From the human T2T-CHM13v2.0 reference genome, Homo sapiens, in assembly GCF_009914755.1 (NCBI RefSeq), contig NC_060928.1: DNA of 64,000 nucleotides; one strand, written 5' to 3'. The notes below the pieces were generated by a model, which worked only from the letters and a program-made list of their open reading frames with translations, searched no databases and was not told the origin of the DNA. Below, in pieces: positions 30,726 through 44,995 of this stretch. Numbering within the stretch: position 1 is the stretch's first letter; the number at the start of each line of letters is the position of its first letter. The position numbers were made by a program, and so were the translations under genes.

Positions 30726-30793
30726 ACATGAAGTTTTACCTGAACATTCAGAGTCTTGCTTTATGGTATAAATAATATTTCAATAAGAAAGTA

Positions 30794-31115
<322 letters not shown>

Positions 31116-31649
31116 TTATTTTTCAGCTTCTACTATGATAAATTATGGAGTACCTGCTCTGATGTAATATCAAAGAAAATATAAAGGCTTGTCTTTGAAA
31201 TGACTAGGACTTCATCAAGGTCAAGGCTTATATAAGTTTAATCTTATAAATCTACATGCTTTCTGTGAAACTGATATGGAGCTATGATTTGACTGATATT
31301 CTAACAGAATCACAGGTGGAGAGGGGCGCTTTGTAAAAACAGATTTGGCTAACCTACATTTGCTTGCAAAGGGATTTCAGTGCTTATTGGAAAGCTCTAG
31401 CCAGGGAGTACAGCTCCCCACATACCTTGACTAAAAATAGACTTTGTCAGATTGGAAATGTCATTCTTTTTGATTGAGTTGACACTTTGGGAAGAACACA
31501 CATGGAGCTCTCAGAGGAAGGGAACTCTGGACTAGGAGGATGCCAGAGCAGTCAGTCAATTCTGGCAATTAACCTGGTGACAGATGCCATAGCTACACTA
31601 CATTGAATCCTATAATTGATGCTTTTTAAAGCATCATAGTTACCTTTTA

Positions 31650-32931
31650 TATTACTTTGCTAGGGCTACTATATTAAAGAATCACAAACTGGGTGGCTTA
31701 ACACAATAGGAATTTATTATCTCACAATCCTGAAGGCTAGAAGTTTGAAATCAAGGTGTCAGCAATATTGGTTTCTTCTGGAAGCTCTGAGGGAGAATCT
31801 GTTCTGTGCCTCTCTTCTTACTTCTGGTGGTGGCTTGGTGTTCTTTGGCTTATAGATGCATTACTCATCTTAACCAATGACATCTGCAACAACCCTATTT
31901 CCAAATAAGTGCACATTCTGAGATTCCAGGTAGACATGAATTTGAAGGGAAACTATTTAACTGACTACACATTCTAAGCCATTTACCCTCAGAAACATCA
32001 GCACAGTTAATTAGAACACAGCTAACATGGCCCGGGGTGCACGTTCCATTCCAGGTATTGGGCAAGTCATTTAAATTGATTCTATGCTGACAGTTATGTA
32101 CCTACTGCTACCGTTTGAATGTTGTCCCCTCCAAAGCTCATGTTGAAATTAAATTGCCATTGTAACAGTATTAAGAGGTAGGATCTTAGAGAGGTGATTA
32201 GGCCATGAGGGCTTAGTTGTCACAGCGGGGGATTAAGGCCATTTAAAAAGGGTGAGTTTGTGCCTCTTTGCTTTTCTGCTCTTCCACCACATGAGGACAC
32301 AGAGTTCCTCTCTCTTTACCTTTTGGCCATTTGTTAACACAGCAAGAAGGCTTTTGCCAGATGCCAGCACCTTGATAATGAATTTCCTAGCCTCCAGACT
32401 GTGAGCCAGTAAGTTTCTGTTCATTATAAATTACCCCATCTGTGGTATTCTAGTATAGCAGCACAAAATGGACTAAGAGACATATCTTGAAATGTTATCC
32501 AGTTAATTCAAGAGGGATCTGGGTGACAACTTGAATGGAATAGCATATTTCACCCATAAAGGTTGTGTCTTTGTGTGTTAAGGCTACTATAACAAAATAC
32601 CATACATAGACTAGATAGCTTATAAACAGAAATTTATTTCTCATAGTTCTGGAGGGTGAGAAGTTCAAGATCAAGGCACCAGCAGATTTGGTGTTGGGTA
32701 AGGACCTTTTGCTGGTTCACAGATGATGACTTCTCACTGTGTCCTCACATGGTGGAAGGGGCTAGCTACCTCTATAGGGTCTCTTTTATGTGGGCACTAA
32801 TTCTAGTCACAAGGGCTCAACTCTCATGATGTAATCACCTACAAAAGTCCCACACCTCCAAATACCATCACCCTGGGGGTTAGGATTTCAACATATGAAT
32901 TTAGTGGGGACACAAATATTCAACCACAGCA
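31650..32931. mobile_element. Cluster of three MaLR solo LTRs: MLT1 (-, ~31650-31970), MST-like (+, ~32106-32482), MLT1A-like (-, ~32565-32931)
   Basis: Typical MaLR motifs (aatttattatctcacaatc...aagtttgaaatcaaggtgtcagca; gtatagcagcacaaaatggactaag). Confidence 0.7.
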
Positions 32932-33981
32932 GGTTACAAAAGTACTCAAAGTACATGTCCATCTTGTAGTTGGTTAGTAGGTGGTTTTCCTATATAAAGC
33001 ATGGGGCACATTGATGAAGTGACTGATAGTGAAGGTGATTGGACCATGATGGATAATATAAATCACGACACTAAGTTTTCTTTTTGAGAAATGGACAATA
33101 AAATGTCTTCTCTGGCTATCATTCTATTGATGATGAGACAAATTTTGATACTTTGCTTTTTTTTTTTTTTTTGCTATGGAACTTGGTGAAATATTGACTC
33201 ACTTTTATTGGCTTGTGCATGTGTACTAAAGATGAAAATGATGAACAACAATTTGAGTTTGTATAGAACTTCCTTTCTGGAAACTTTATTTTTGGCAGGT
33301 ATGTGGGAGGGGTGGGGGAAATATATGACACCAAACAAAATTTTGGCAAAGGAACAACAACCCTAATCATAAATTTTTAGGCATTTAGGTGATTTTTGAT
33401 ATGAATATTTAAAAACATGTTAACCTAAGCTAATGTTTAGATGTGTACACATTGCTTTTTACTTAACTAGAAGATTTTAACATTTTTCTTTGTTTGTATT
33501 TCACATATATCAGTAATGACTTAAAATGACTTACAAAATTAATAAGAAAGATTTTTTAAAAATTACTGGTAAGGGGGCTAGAGAGAAGCCACTCAGATAT
33601 CGTGTGTGTGTTTGGCTGGTGCCATCTTTTGTTAGGGAAACTTGGCAAACTACAAAATCTTAAGAGTCTGCATTCTATCTGACTTAGCAATTCCACTTTT
33701 AGGAATTTACTTTACTGATATAATCAAGGGTGAGGCCAAATATTTAGATATATTCACTGTGTTTAGCTATGTTGCACAATTGTTTATAGCAGTAAAGAAT
33801 TGAAAGCAATTTAAACATTCAACAGGGGGAAGTTGGTTAAATGACAGCATATCCGTTTTGCGTATGCCATGCAATTGTTTAAAATGATGTTGCAGAATAG
33901 TATATGATTCTATTAAAGATGTTCAATATATGCTGTTAAATTCAGAGATGAATGATAAATATTATGTGTAGAATAAGCCAC

Positions 33982-34369
<388 letters not shown>

Positions 34370-35085
34370 TGAAAAGGACAGATCATTTCACTTTCTTCTT
34401 TTCTCTTATATGTATTTAACACATTTCATATAGCAAATATATTTTATATTTGGGAAGAGAAAAACAAGTTGCTTTTCATTTTTTTAAGTAGGTAAGGAAA
34501 TGAGTACAATGGGAAAAATGATATAAGAAAGTTAAAATGAACCTTGAGGTTACTTCTAAAAATGCAAGCAATAAGATTCTGTACAGATGGGCCACACATT
34601 TTGCTCTAGGCTTTCGAGAGCCAACAGAAAGAGATAAACAGAGTCAATTACAGTATCTATAGTATCTGTGAGAAGAATAATCTGTTAACAACTTAAAAGT
34701 AAATACAATGGCAGATTTCACTGGGCTTTTACCTATATGTAGGCTGAAAATAAAATGCTGAAGGTCAACAGAAAGTTAAATACCAGTTTACCTTTATAAA
34801 AAGGTGGCCGTAAAGTCTGGAAACACAGACAATGTTATTTTATTTTTTACAGACTTAAGTAAATAATATTATAGTATATATTGATTTTACACATTGAACT
34901 CCCTGATTACTTACTTCTTCTGAGGTATGCTAAAGGTACAGGTTTATTCAGGAGAAATCAGAGGGAGAAATCAACTGAGGCAACACATTGCAGCTGATTT
35001 TGCTTTTGCTTGGATTGGGAAAAATGTTGTATCAATGCACCATGCTTTGTAACATGAGCATTGTTACAAGGGACAACACAATTCA

Positions 35086-35145
35086 CATACCATGTAATGT
35101 CACTGAACATATCATGTAATGTCACTAAACATATTACGTAATAAC
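35086..35145. repeat. 22-bp tandem repeat (~2.7 copies)
   Basis: cataccatgtaatgtcactgaa / catatcatgtaatgtcactaaa / catattacgtaataac. Confidence 0.8.
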
Positions 35146-36589
35146 AACAAACCATTTATTAGGTATATTTGCTGTGTTTACAGATTTTTATGGCCAACCT
35201 ATAAAGCTGTCTAATATTGTTATAGGTATGCCTTCTTGAAATTCCACAGGTTCACTTTAGCTTTTCTAGGAAATAACAAAATTCCTTAAATTTCCTTTGA
35301 CCCAGATTTAGTATAACTTCAAAGGAAGGAGATTTTTTTCACATTTATGATTTTATTTTGGTTTTACACAAGTAAATTTTGGAAGACTATGTTTCTTTGC
35401 CTCTAGAAGGGTGAGACAGCTGCCTGATTTTTGGCAGTTACATGCATGTATTCTGTGCAGCTACATGATGACAAACGTGATCTTTGCTGCTTTTGCCCAA
35501 GCACTTATTTTGCCAGTCCAGTCATAGTGAAATGTGGGATGCCATTTCTAAGAGCACATATTAAGGGACTTTTTAAAAGGAGGAACCTTCACGAAATACT
35601 TCACTTCCTAAAGGCTTTATTGGATGAAATCTTCAGAGACCAGCTAATGCTCAACTTAAAGGTTTTCTTAGAAAATGTTCAACCATCCAATCCTGTTATC
35701 ATTAATACATTTTAATTTATATGAAAACAATGAGTTTCTCATAATTAAGGTAAGATTCTTATGCTTCATCCAAATGGCTTGATAAGAAAAAAATGCAAAC
35801 AAACCATGAATAGTTTCAAGGAAGATAGAGAAATAATCATAAGGGCTGTAAGCTCTTTGTAGTCAGGAATGATGCTTCTTGTCTAGCAGTACTACAGGTG
35901 GAACATATTCAATAATATTAAAAGATTATTTGATGGTAATACTGATTTACCATAATGTTTTTATTCTAAGTTGTTTCATATTAATAAATCAATGCTGTGT
36001 GTTACAGGACAGTTTTTAATAAGTTTAGTCTGGGTATAGATAGACTGATTTTTCCATTAAGTACTGACTAGACTGAGAAAGTAAGTACTTCTTTTGGACG
36101 TGGGGGACCAAGAAACACCTTTGTCATTACATAACCATACAAGGTACACATACTTTTTACTTGTCAAATAATCAGTCAGTGCTTTTCCCTCCTAAAGATA
36201 TTTATTCTTCAATGGTGTATCTGAGAGACAGAATGTCCTGGGTAGCCTGTTTTTTTCCACAGATTTCATCCAAGATATCAGAAATCTATCTCTTTCAAAG
36301 TTTACCAAGTAAATATTTGTCTGCAAGGCAAGTAAATTAAACAAAGGGAAGAAAGGAAAACAATTATCATTAAACAGTATTACCATTCTATTGAAAAATG
36401 GTTTCATTTGAAAATAGATGTATTTTAAGAAGTGAATGGTAACTAATGGAGGAAATCAGCATGTGTTCAGGTAGAAGTGCAGCAGCCCTGGGCACCATCC
36501 CCTTGCCACTGGGCATACCTTGTCTAACCAGTGATAGAGCTGAACCACATGGTCCTGTCCCCCTGTCAAAAGTTATGGTTAGTTTAATC

Positions 36590-37013
36590 CTTGCTCCTCG
36601 GGAGGCTAAGGCAGCAGGATTGCTTGAGTCTAGGAGTTTGAAGCCAGCCTGGGCAACATAGCAAGATCCTGTCTCTTAAAAAAAAAGTTATGGTTATATG
36701 TGTGTGTGTGTGTGTATGTGCACGCGTGTGTGCGTGTGTGTGTGTGTATTTGGAGTCTCCTCTGTCATCCAGGCTGGAGTGCAGTGGTGCCATCAAAGCT
36801 CAATGCAACCTCGAATTCCTATGCTCAAGCTATTCTCTCACCTCAGCCTCCCAAGTAGCTAGGACTAAAGGCGTGCCCCACCATGCCTATTTTTATTTTT
36901 TGGAGAGACAGGGACTCACTATGTTGCACAGGCTGGTCTCAAACTCCTGGCCTCAAGCGATGCTCTTGCCTCAGCCTGTAACCCAAAGCCCTGGGATTAC
37001 AGGGGCATGAGCC
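36590..37013. mobile_element. Alu monomer fragment (+), (TG)n at 36698-36748, and AluJ (-)
   Basis: Tail-to-tail Alu pieces separated by an alternating TG tract. Confidence 0.8.
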
Positions 37014-37592
37014 TAGAATTTATTAAGCCTTTTATTTTTAACATGAATGTTTTTCTTTTATAAAATTTATACAGGTTAGCAAGTATATATTCCTTGGTAC
37101 AATTATTTGGTTAATGTTTGTCTCCCCTTTCATGGCAACAAAGACTGTACTGTTTTGCTTACCAATGTATTCACAGGGGCTGACATTATTGTAGGTGCTC
37201 AGTATATAGTACGTTTGTTAGAGAATATATGAGAATGCAGAAAGAAATGGATGGAAGACAGGGCTATAGAAATGGAAGGAAAAAGTAAACCATGGCCTCT
37301 TCAAAACAGTTTACGTATCTGCTGTTAAGACTATTGCTGATGCTGGAGCCATTTAAAGCCATTTTGAAGCAGGACATGCTTGCTAAGGAAATTGTCATTA
37401 TATGTTGTCCCAATGAAAAAAAATAAATCGAAGTACTGTGGTATCTTTACTGTTCTATGTAAGTTCTATGTAAGTTCTCAGGGTTTGGCTATTTATTTGG
37501 TAAAAGAAGCTTACAGTATCCTAACTTGTTATTTATACATTGCTCCTATCCCATTTCTAGGCTTGAGTCTTTGATAACCATCCTTTTCCTCA

Positions 37593-38230
<638 letters not shown>

Positions 38231-38504
38231 GAAAAACACTTGAGCCATGGGCCAGACATATCAACCCAAACACTGATTGATTACAAACCTCATATGTGAC
38301 ACCTAACAATAGGATCTCTCACTTTCTCCTTTGCAAGTACCGGACTCCTTCGTCTTCCTACCAGACTCCTCTTTGGGCATTTAACCAGTTCTTTTGCCAA
38401 CAGCATCTCTAAATTGGGATTGCATCTTTGTAATAGACTAAACTTTTGTGAAACTGCCACATATCTGGAATATAAGTGAATTGTGTTACTCTTGTCCCCA
38501 GTGT

Positions 38505-38891
<387 letters not shown>

Positions 38892-39479
38892 TAGATGACC
38901 TGATAACTTAGATTCTGCTTTTTTAGCTTTCTTGTCTCAGTGTACTGGACAATTTGCATTATTTCACGGAGGGCTCAACACTGTCAGTCAGCCAACAACG
39001 TCTCATCCCCAGGATACACCACTCCTTGAAACTTTCTTTTCTACTTGGTCAGTCTGTTAGGTTCTCAGGACGAGCGATTGCAGACCTGAGGTGATTTGAA
39101 TGTCCTTGGTAAGAATCTATCCTCAAAGGGCCTTCCTGCTTCAAATGCCAGGTTATAGAAATTCTTCCACTGGGAGAGTTATTCCTTTGGATTAAAGCAG
39201 TACCGTGCCAGTGTTCTGCATTTTACATTTAAGGGGGGCAGACACATGAAGTCACCTTTCTGAGGTTTTCTGCAAAAGATTAGCTGTGGATCAGATCAGG
39301 TCTAGGGCAAGTATGAAAGCACTAGTGACCTTGGGGAGGGGGAGGAAGCTCTGGGATTCGGCGCTAGGGAAAAGTGGAAGAGGACAAACTTTTAAAAAAT
39401 CCGTTACTGGGTATAGGCCACAGAGTGTCTTTCAGATTACAAGATTTTAAGATCTGGTGCTCAGACTCTTCTTGCTATG

Positions 39480-40980
39480 CTCCCCCCGGGTCCACCCTCC
39501 AGCCTCCCCCAGGCCCGCCTTTCTTCCGCAGCCCCGTGCCGGTCTTCGATCCCCACCTCTCCAGAAGAGCGCCGGCGGCTGCCGCGTACCTCCTTCCCCG
39601 CCTCTCCCACCGCGCAGCGCCGCGGGCCGGCGCCGCGCTTCCTACAGTCCTACGAAGGGGAGTAAAGCAGAAGACTAGCGCACTCTCCCTCAATTGTCAC
39701 CCTCCAGCTTTTTCCCCCGTGCCCAAGGCTTTCGGTCACCTCTTCATAAATAATAAAAACCAGAGTCCAGAACCTGAATAGGCAACCGCTGATCGGTCCA
39801 GCTCGCTTCCCCGCCAGTGAAAAGCAATCTTATTTCAGCGTCAACGCTCTATGTCTTGCAGTCCGATTTCGGCTGACACACCCGTGCCGCTGTCCCCGCG
39901 CCGGGCCCTCGAGTCCTGTCACCTCGGGCAGCCTGCGCCTGGCTCTGGGGCCTGGGCCTCTCCCCTCCTCCTGCCCGCGGACCTTGCCGCCCCGCCTCCA
40001 GCCCGTGCCACGGCGGCCGCCATTGGCGCGGGCCCATCCCAGAACGGCGCCCATTGGCCCGGTGCGAAGCCATTCACCCAGCGCATTCCGCCGCCCGCAG
40101 GCTTGCGGGGAAACTTCCTTATTATTGTGACGCCGAAAACGGAGAAACCCCGGGTCCGGCGAGAGGGGCTGTGACAGTCGGAGTCCCAAGCTGCGGTTCG
40201 GCTGCTGCCGAGGTGCGCAGGGCGGGGGCCGGGGTTCCAGGGAGGGGGGTACGGCGGAGCTGCAGCCGCGCTGGGCCGCGTTCCGCCTGGCACTGCAGTC
40301 AGCGCGCGGCTCCCGGAGGGGCGGCTGCGGCTCCTCCCGTGGCTCCGGCGGCGGGGGCTGCAGGCACCTCCAGAGACGACCTGGGTCTGGGGCGCGGGGA
40401 GGTTGGGGCGCGGCGCCCTTAGTACCCTGCGTACGCCTCCCTGGCGTTCTCGTGGGCTCGCCCTCCGGTCAGAGAGCCCCGCGCCGGGAAAGGCGAGACA
40501 AGCCTTCAAAATGGGAGCGCCTCCCGCCCGCGCTCGGCCGCCCTCCCGCCCTGCCGCCCGGGAGGAATTGCGACGCAGAAAGTCAAAAGGAGGATAGTCC
40601 CTATGCTCGCCCCCTGCCCCTATTTAAATTCTGGGGTTCCAGGGACCTCCGTGCAGTGAGGGGCGCGGACGCTTTCAATTGAAATGGGAGCTGGCGAGGC
40701 CCTGGCATTTTGGGGAACCTCAGCGGCCGCGAGGAGTTTGCGCCGAGGACGCGGTGCACGGCGTCCGCGATGACAGCGCCGGCAGGGCTGCGGGGCCCGG
40801 CACCACCCACTTCGCGGAGGCCGGGCCGGCTCGCCTCTCCCGGGTCCGCCTCCTGGGCGGGGCCGGGGGCGAGGGTGTGTGCGGACACGTGTGTACGGGT
40901 GTGTGTGTGTGTGTACGCCGACACGTCGGTGCGGACCGACGCGGGGGTGTCAGGAGCTGGGACGGCCGGGGGCAGGTGAG
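39480..40980. promoter_or_regulatory. CpG island / HERC3 promoter
   Basis: About 1.5 kb of very GC- and CpG-rich, repeat-free sequence in an otherwise AT-rich, CpG-depleted window. GC box GCCCCGCCTCC at 39989-39999, reverse CCAAT (ATTGG) at 40022-40026 and 40053-40057, E-box CACGTG near 40886, AP-1 TGAGTCA at 40984-40990. Confidence 0.92.
40110..40212 (+). other. HERC3: HERC3 non-coding exon 1 (TSS approximate)
   Basis: Lies inside the CpG island just downstream of the GC and CCAAT boxes. Donor GAG|GTGCGC at 40212/40213, followed by intronic G-runs. Contains no ATG. Confidence 0.75.
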
Positions 40981-42033
40981 ACTTGAGTCATTTGTGAATG
41001 TGTGGAGTGGGCAAACCAGGGCAACCAGACCGAGAGGAGCATGTGTAACCTGAAACAGGTGAGCCTATGGAGACAGTACCTAATGCGACTGTGCACGGAA
41101 TATGTGTATGCAGCATGAGCTCCAGGGAATAAGTATTTGAACTTTGCTGTTGGTCTGTCACTGTTTCTGGCTGCTTTCTGATTGCATTTTACATCAGCTT
41201 TCAAATGAGCTCAATTAGGAAGTACCTAATTCAGAGAAAAGCCTTCCAGGATTTTGCTTGCATTCATCACGCATAGAATGCTTTGGGAAAGACGATTCAA
41301 GAGCTCTCTTCCATTTGTATGTGTCTTCTGGCTCTTTCCACAAATAAGAAGCTATTTCTAGAACCTTTTATTTGATGATTAGATAAGATCAAGTGAGCTG
41401 ATTTTTCAACTCTAGACTTGAGAGAAATGAAAAAATAAAAAGTTTTAAATGCGGTGATCGGGTATCATGTTTTAGTCGGCAGATTACTGTGAAGCTCTCT
41501 CCTTTTGTACTTTCCTTTACCCTGGGGGAGGAGGGAGTAGCATTATAAATCAGAAAAGCAAAGTACATGGATTGCATATCCTAAAGCAAAATAATTGAAT
41601 TACATATTTTACATCATGGTCGTACCGCCTTCGAGGCTAGGAACTTTCTGTAAAAAGTATAATGCAGGGAACAAGGAGGACAGGTTAGAAACCTCTTTGG
41701 CAGAACTCCTTTGGCATGAAAAACAAAATTAGCACATTAGCACTAGCATCCAGTTCTTGTTCAGTAAGTAGCTGGAGTTTACTTTTTGAAAAAGAAACAG
41801 GGATTTCAGAATGTTCCATGTTGTGTGCTTGAAGCCATTCGTTATAGCATTTCATTCTGAAGACCAAATTTAAATTTCTTAAGATTTGTATGACCAATTA
41901 AAAACTTTTTTTATACTTAATGAGAGTAGTAGTACCCCTACTGGAGACACAAGATAGTTATGCTTCAGTTTTATAAGTAAAAGTACTATTCTCCAGATCG
42001 AATGGGATTTTCTGCATAGAGAGGTAGAAATAA

Positions 42034-42372
<339 letters not shown>

Positions 42373-42402
42373 TAGGTATCTCTCTGAGATGATCTCTTCT
42401 CA

Positions 42403-42855
<453 letters not shown>

Positions 42856-43195
42856 TTAATTATTTTCCAAAATTTTCTCTAACAAAAATGGGAGATTTTA
42901 AAGTAATTCCATTTTTACTACTCCCTATCAAATGTCAGGAATTTTTATAAGGTGATATCTATATCTCTAGTTCACTTTTAGAGGTGATTGATGTCTTTAT
43001 AACTGGTTAGAGGTTATCTTACTGGTATTTAACCAAACTCCTGTCTTGAGATACAATGCGTGGGGAATATTCAAGATTGAGTAATTTAAAGATATTCTTA
43101 TTTTCAGAGGTTAACTCCTGTCTTTTTGTTTACAGTAACATGAAGACACAACAGAGTTCCATACTAATGTTATTTATTATTTCTTTAACTTGCAG

Positions 43196-43253
43196 AACTG
43201 CAAGGTGTGGAATATTTCTGGCTTCTAGTCCAATGCCAAGTGTGTGACCTGTG
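43196..43253 (+). other. HERC3: HERC3 non-coding exon 2 (58 nt), containing micro-uORF MPSV* (43233-43247)
   Basis: Branch-point-like TACTAAT at 43162-43168, pyrimidine tract and tgcag|AACTG acceptor, donor GTG|GTGAGT at 43253/43254. Agrees with my recollection of the HERC3 mRNA leader. Confidence 0.8.
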
Positions 43254-43330
43254 GTGAGTTACTTAATTTTTCTGGACCTCAGTTTTTCATCTTGTAAATG
43301 GAGTCCTTTACATGCATTATCCTGTTTAAT
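43240..43330 (+). mobile_element. MIR core overlapping the exon 2 donor
   Basis: gtgtgtgacctgtggtgagttacttaatttttctggacctcagtttttcatcttgtaaatgg versus MIR core tgtgtgaccttgggcaagttacttaacctctctgagcctcagtttcctcatctgtaaaatgg. Confidence 0.8.
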
Positions 43331-43479
43331 ACTCTCATCAACTCAAGCTAGGGTAGCTACCTAGAGAGGGACCTAAACAAATCTCAGTGCCTTCCTGCTG
43401 CTCTAAGATAGTGAAGAGAACAAGGTGAGCCCAAGAAGTAGGAGACCTGGTTTCTGGTCTCTGCTTCAAGCACTTAATT

Positions 43480-43787
43480 CTTTTTTTTTTTTTTTTTTTT
43501 TTTTTTTGAGAGGGAGTCTGGCTGTCGCCCACGCTGGAGTGCAGTGGCGGGATCTCGGCTCACTGCAGGCTCCGCCCCCCGGGGTTCATGCCATTCTCCT
43601 GCCTCAGCCTCCCGAGTAGCTGGGACTACAGGTGCCCACCACCTCGCCCAGCTAATTTTTTGTATTTTTAGTAGAGACGGGGTTTCACTGTGTTAGCCAG
43701 GATGGTCTTGATCTCCTGACCTCGTGATCCGCCTGCCTCGGCCTTCCAAAGTGTTAGGATTACAGGCGTGAGCCACCGCGCCTGGCC
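43480..43787 (-). mobile_element. AluY
   Basis: Y diagnostics. TSD aagcacttaattctt. Confidence 0.9.
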
Positions 43788-44809
43788 AAGCACTTAATTC
43801 TTAGTGGACCAAAGTTACTTGGCCTCTGAAGGCCTTAGCTGCCATTAAAATGAATTTAGGAATGTAAGTCTTTTGCTTAGAGGTTAGATCAAATGGACTT
43901 TTAATAAGGTGGTAAATTTGATAATATAACTCTGTCCCCTTTAGACATTTACTCCATTTAGAAATAGTACTTGTTGGTGGCAGGGACATGTGTTTCTGTG
44001 TAAGTGAACTGGTTTTATTATTACTCAGGGTGGGGGATCTTTAACATTATCTGGAAAATAAAAGTGGTTACAAGTTGAGGTGGTGGAAATTCAGGTTTTC
44101 TAAGAATGGGGGTCAGTTCACTAGGCATTTATCAAGCCTCTGCTGTGCTCTTGTACTCTGCTGAGAATGGAAGGCACAAAGATGAGTAAAACCTGGTTCC
44201 TTCATGGAGAAACTCCCAGTCTGCACGTTGGCAGGGTGTTAGTGGAGGAGGTAGGAGAAGCAGCCATACTGCCTCAACAGCGCTTTGCATTTTTGTTTGT
44301 TTTGTGAAGTATTTGTAAGCATAAAATAATGCATGTCATATATGTTAAGAAACAACAATAAAAGGACAGAAGCAGAATATCAGCCATGCTATTGAAATGT
44401 CTCCCTTTGTGCTCCTTCCAGATTGTTCCCTCTATTCCTACTGCCTCCACAATCATTACCCGCTATTTTGTGTTTGTGATTTGCTTTTCTTCATAGCTTT
44501 GTTACCACTGATGATTCTTAATCTCCAAATAATATATTTGTTATAGTTGTGTTTGAATTTTGTAAAAATGCATCATACTCTGAATTCTTCTGTGACTCAA
44601 CACTTTTTAAGATTTAGTTACAATGATGCTTATAGATGGAGTTTATTTTTTACTGCTGTACAGTGTTCTGTTTTATGCATGTGCCACACTATCTGTTTTC
44701 TTATTGATGGATATTTGTTTTTTGTTTTTTTCCTATTTCAAATAATGCTGGAATGAACATTCTTATACGTGTATCTTGGTGCATATGTTCATGAGTTTCT
44801 CACTGCATT

Positions 44810-44995
44810 GGACTGTAAGATAGCCACTAGTCACCTAGGGCTACTTACATTAAAATTTATTAAAATAAAATATTAACTATTTCAGTTCTTCACTTGTATT
44901 AGTCACATTTCAAGTACTCAATAGCCACATATACCTACTGGCTACCATAGTGGACAGTGCAAATATATAGCATTTCCATTATCACAGAAAGTTCC
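44810..44995 (-). mobile_element. MER3 (hAT-Charlie) within old L1 fragments
   Basis: tagccactagtcac...acatttcaagtactcaatagccacat...catttccattatcacagaaagttc matches MER3 in antisense. Confidence 0.75.

Noticed and set aside
35086-35145. CRISPR-like array
   Set aside because: A simple tandem repeat without unique spacers, in mammalian DNA.
40107-40118. NF-kB site near the HERC3 TSS (ggggaaacttcc)
   Set aside because: Does not fit the 10-bp GGGRNWYYCC spacing; equally explained as overlapping E2F/ETS-like motifs.
39374-41053. Many overlapping 60-196 aa ORFs on both strands in the CpG island
   Set aside because: Expected from stop-codon scarcity in GC-rich DNA. They are low-complexity Arg/Gly/Pro/Ala peptides with no recognisable domain.
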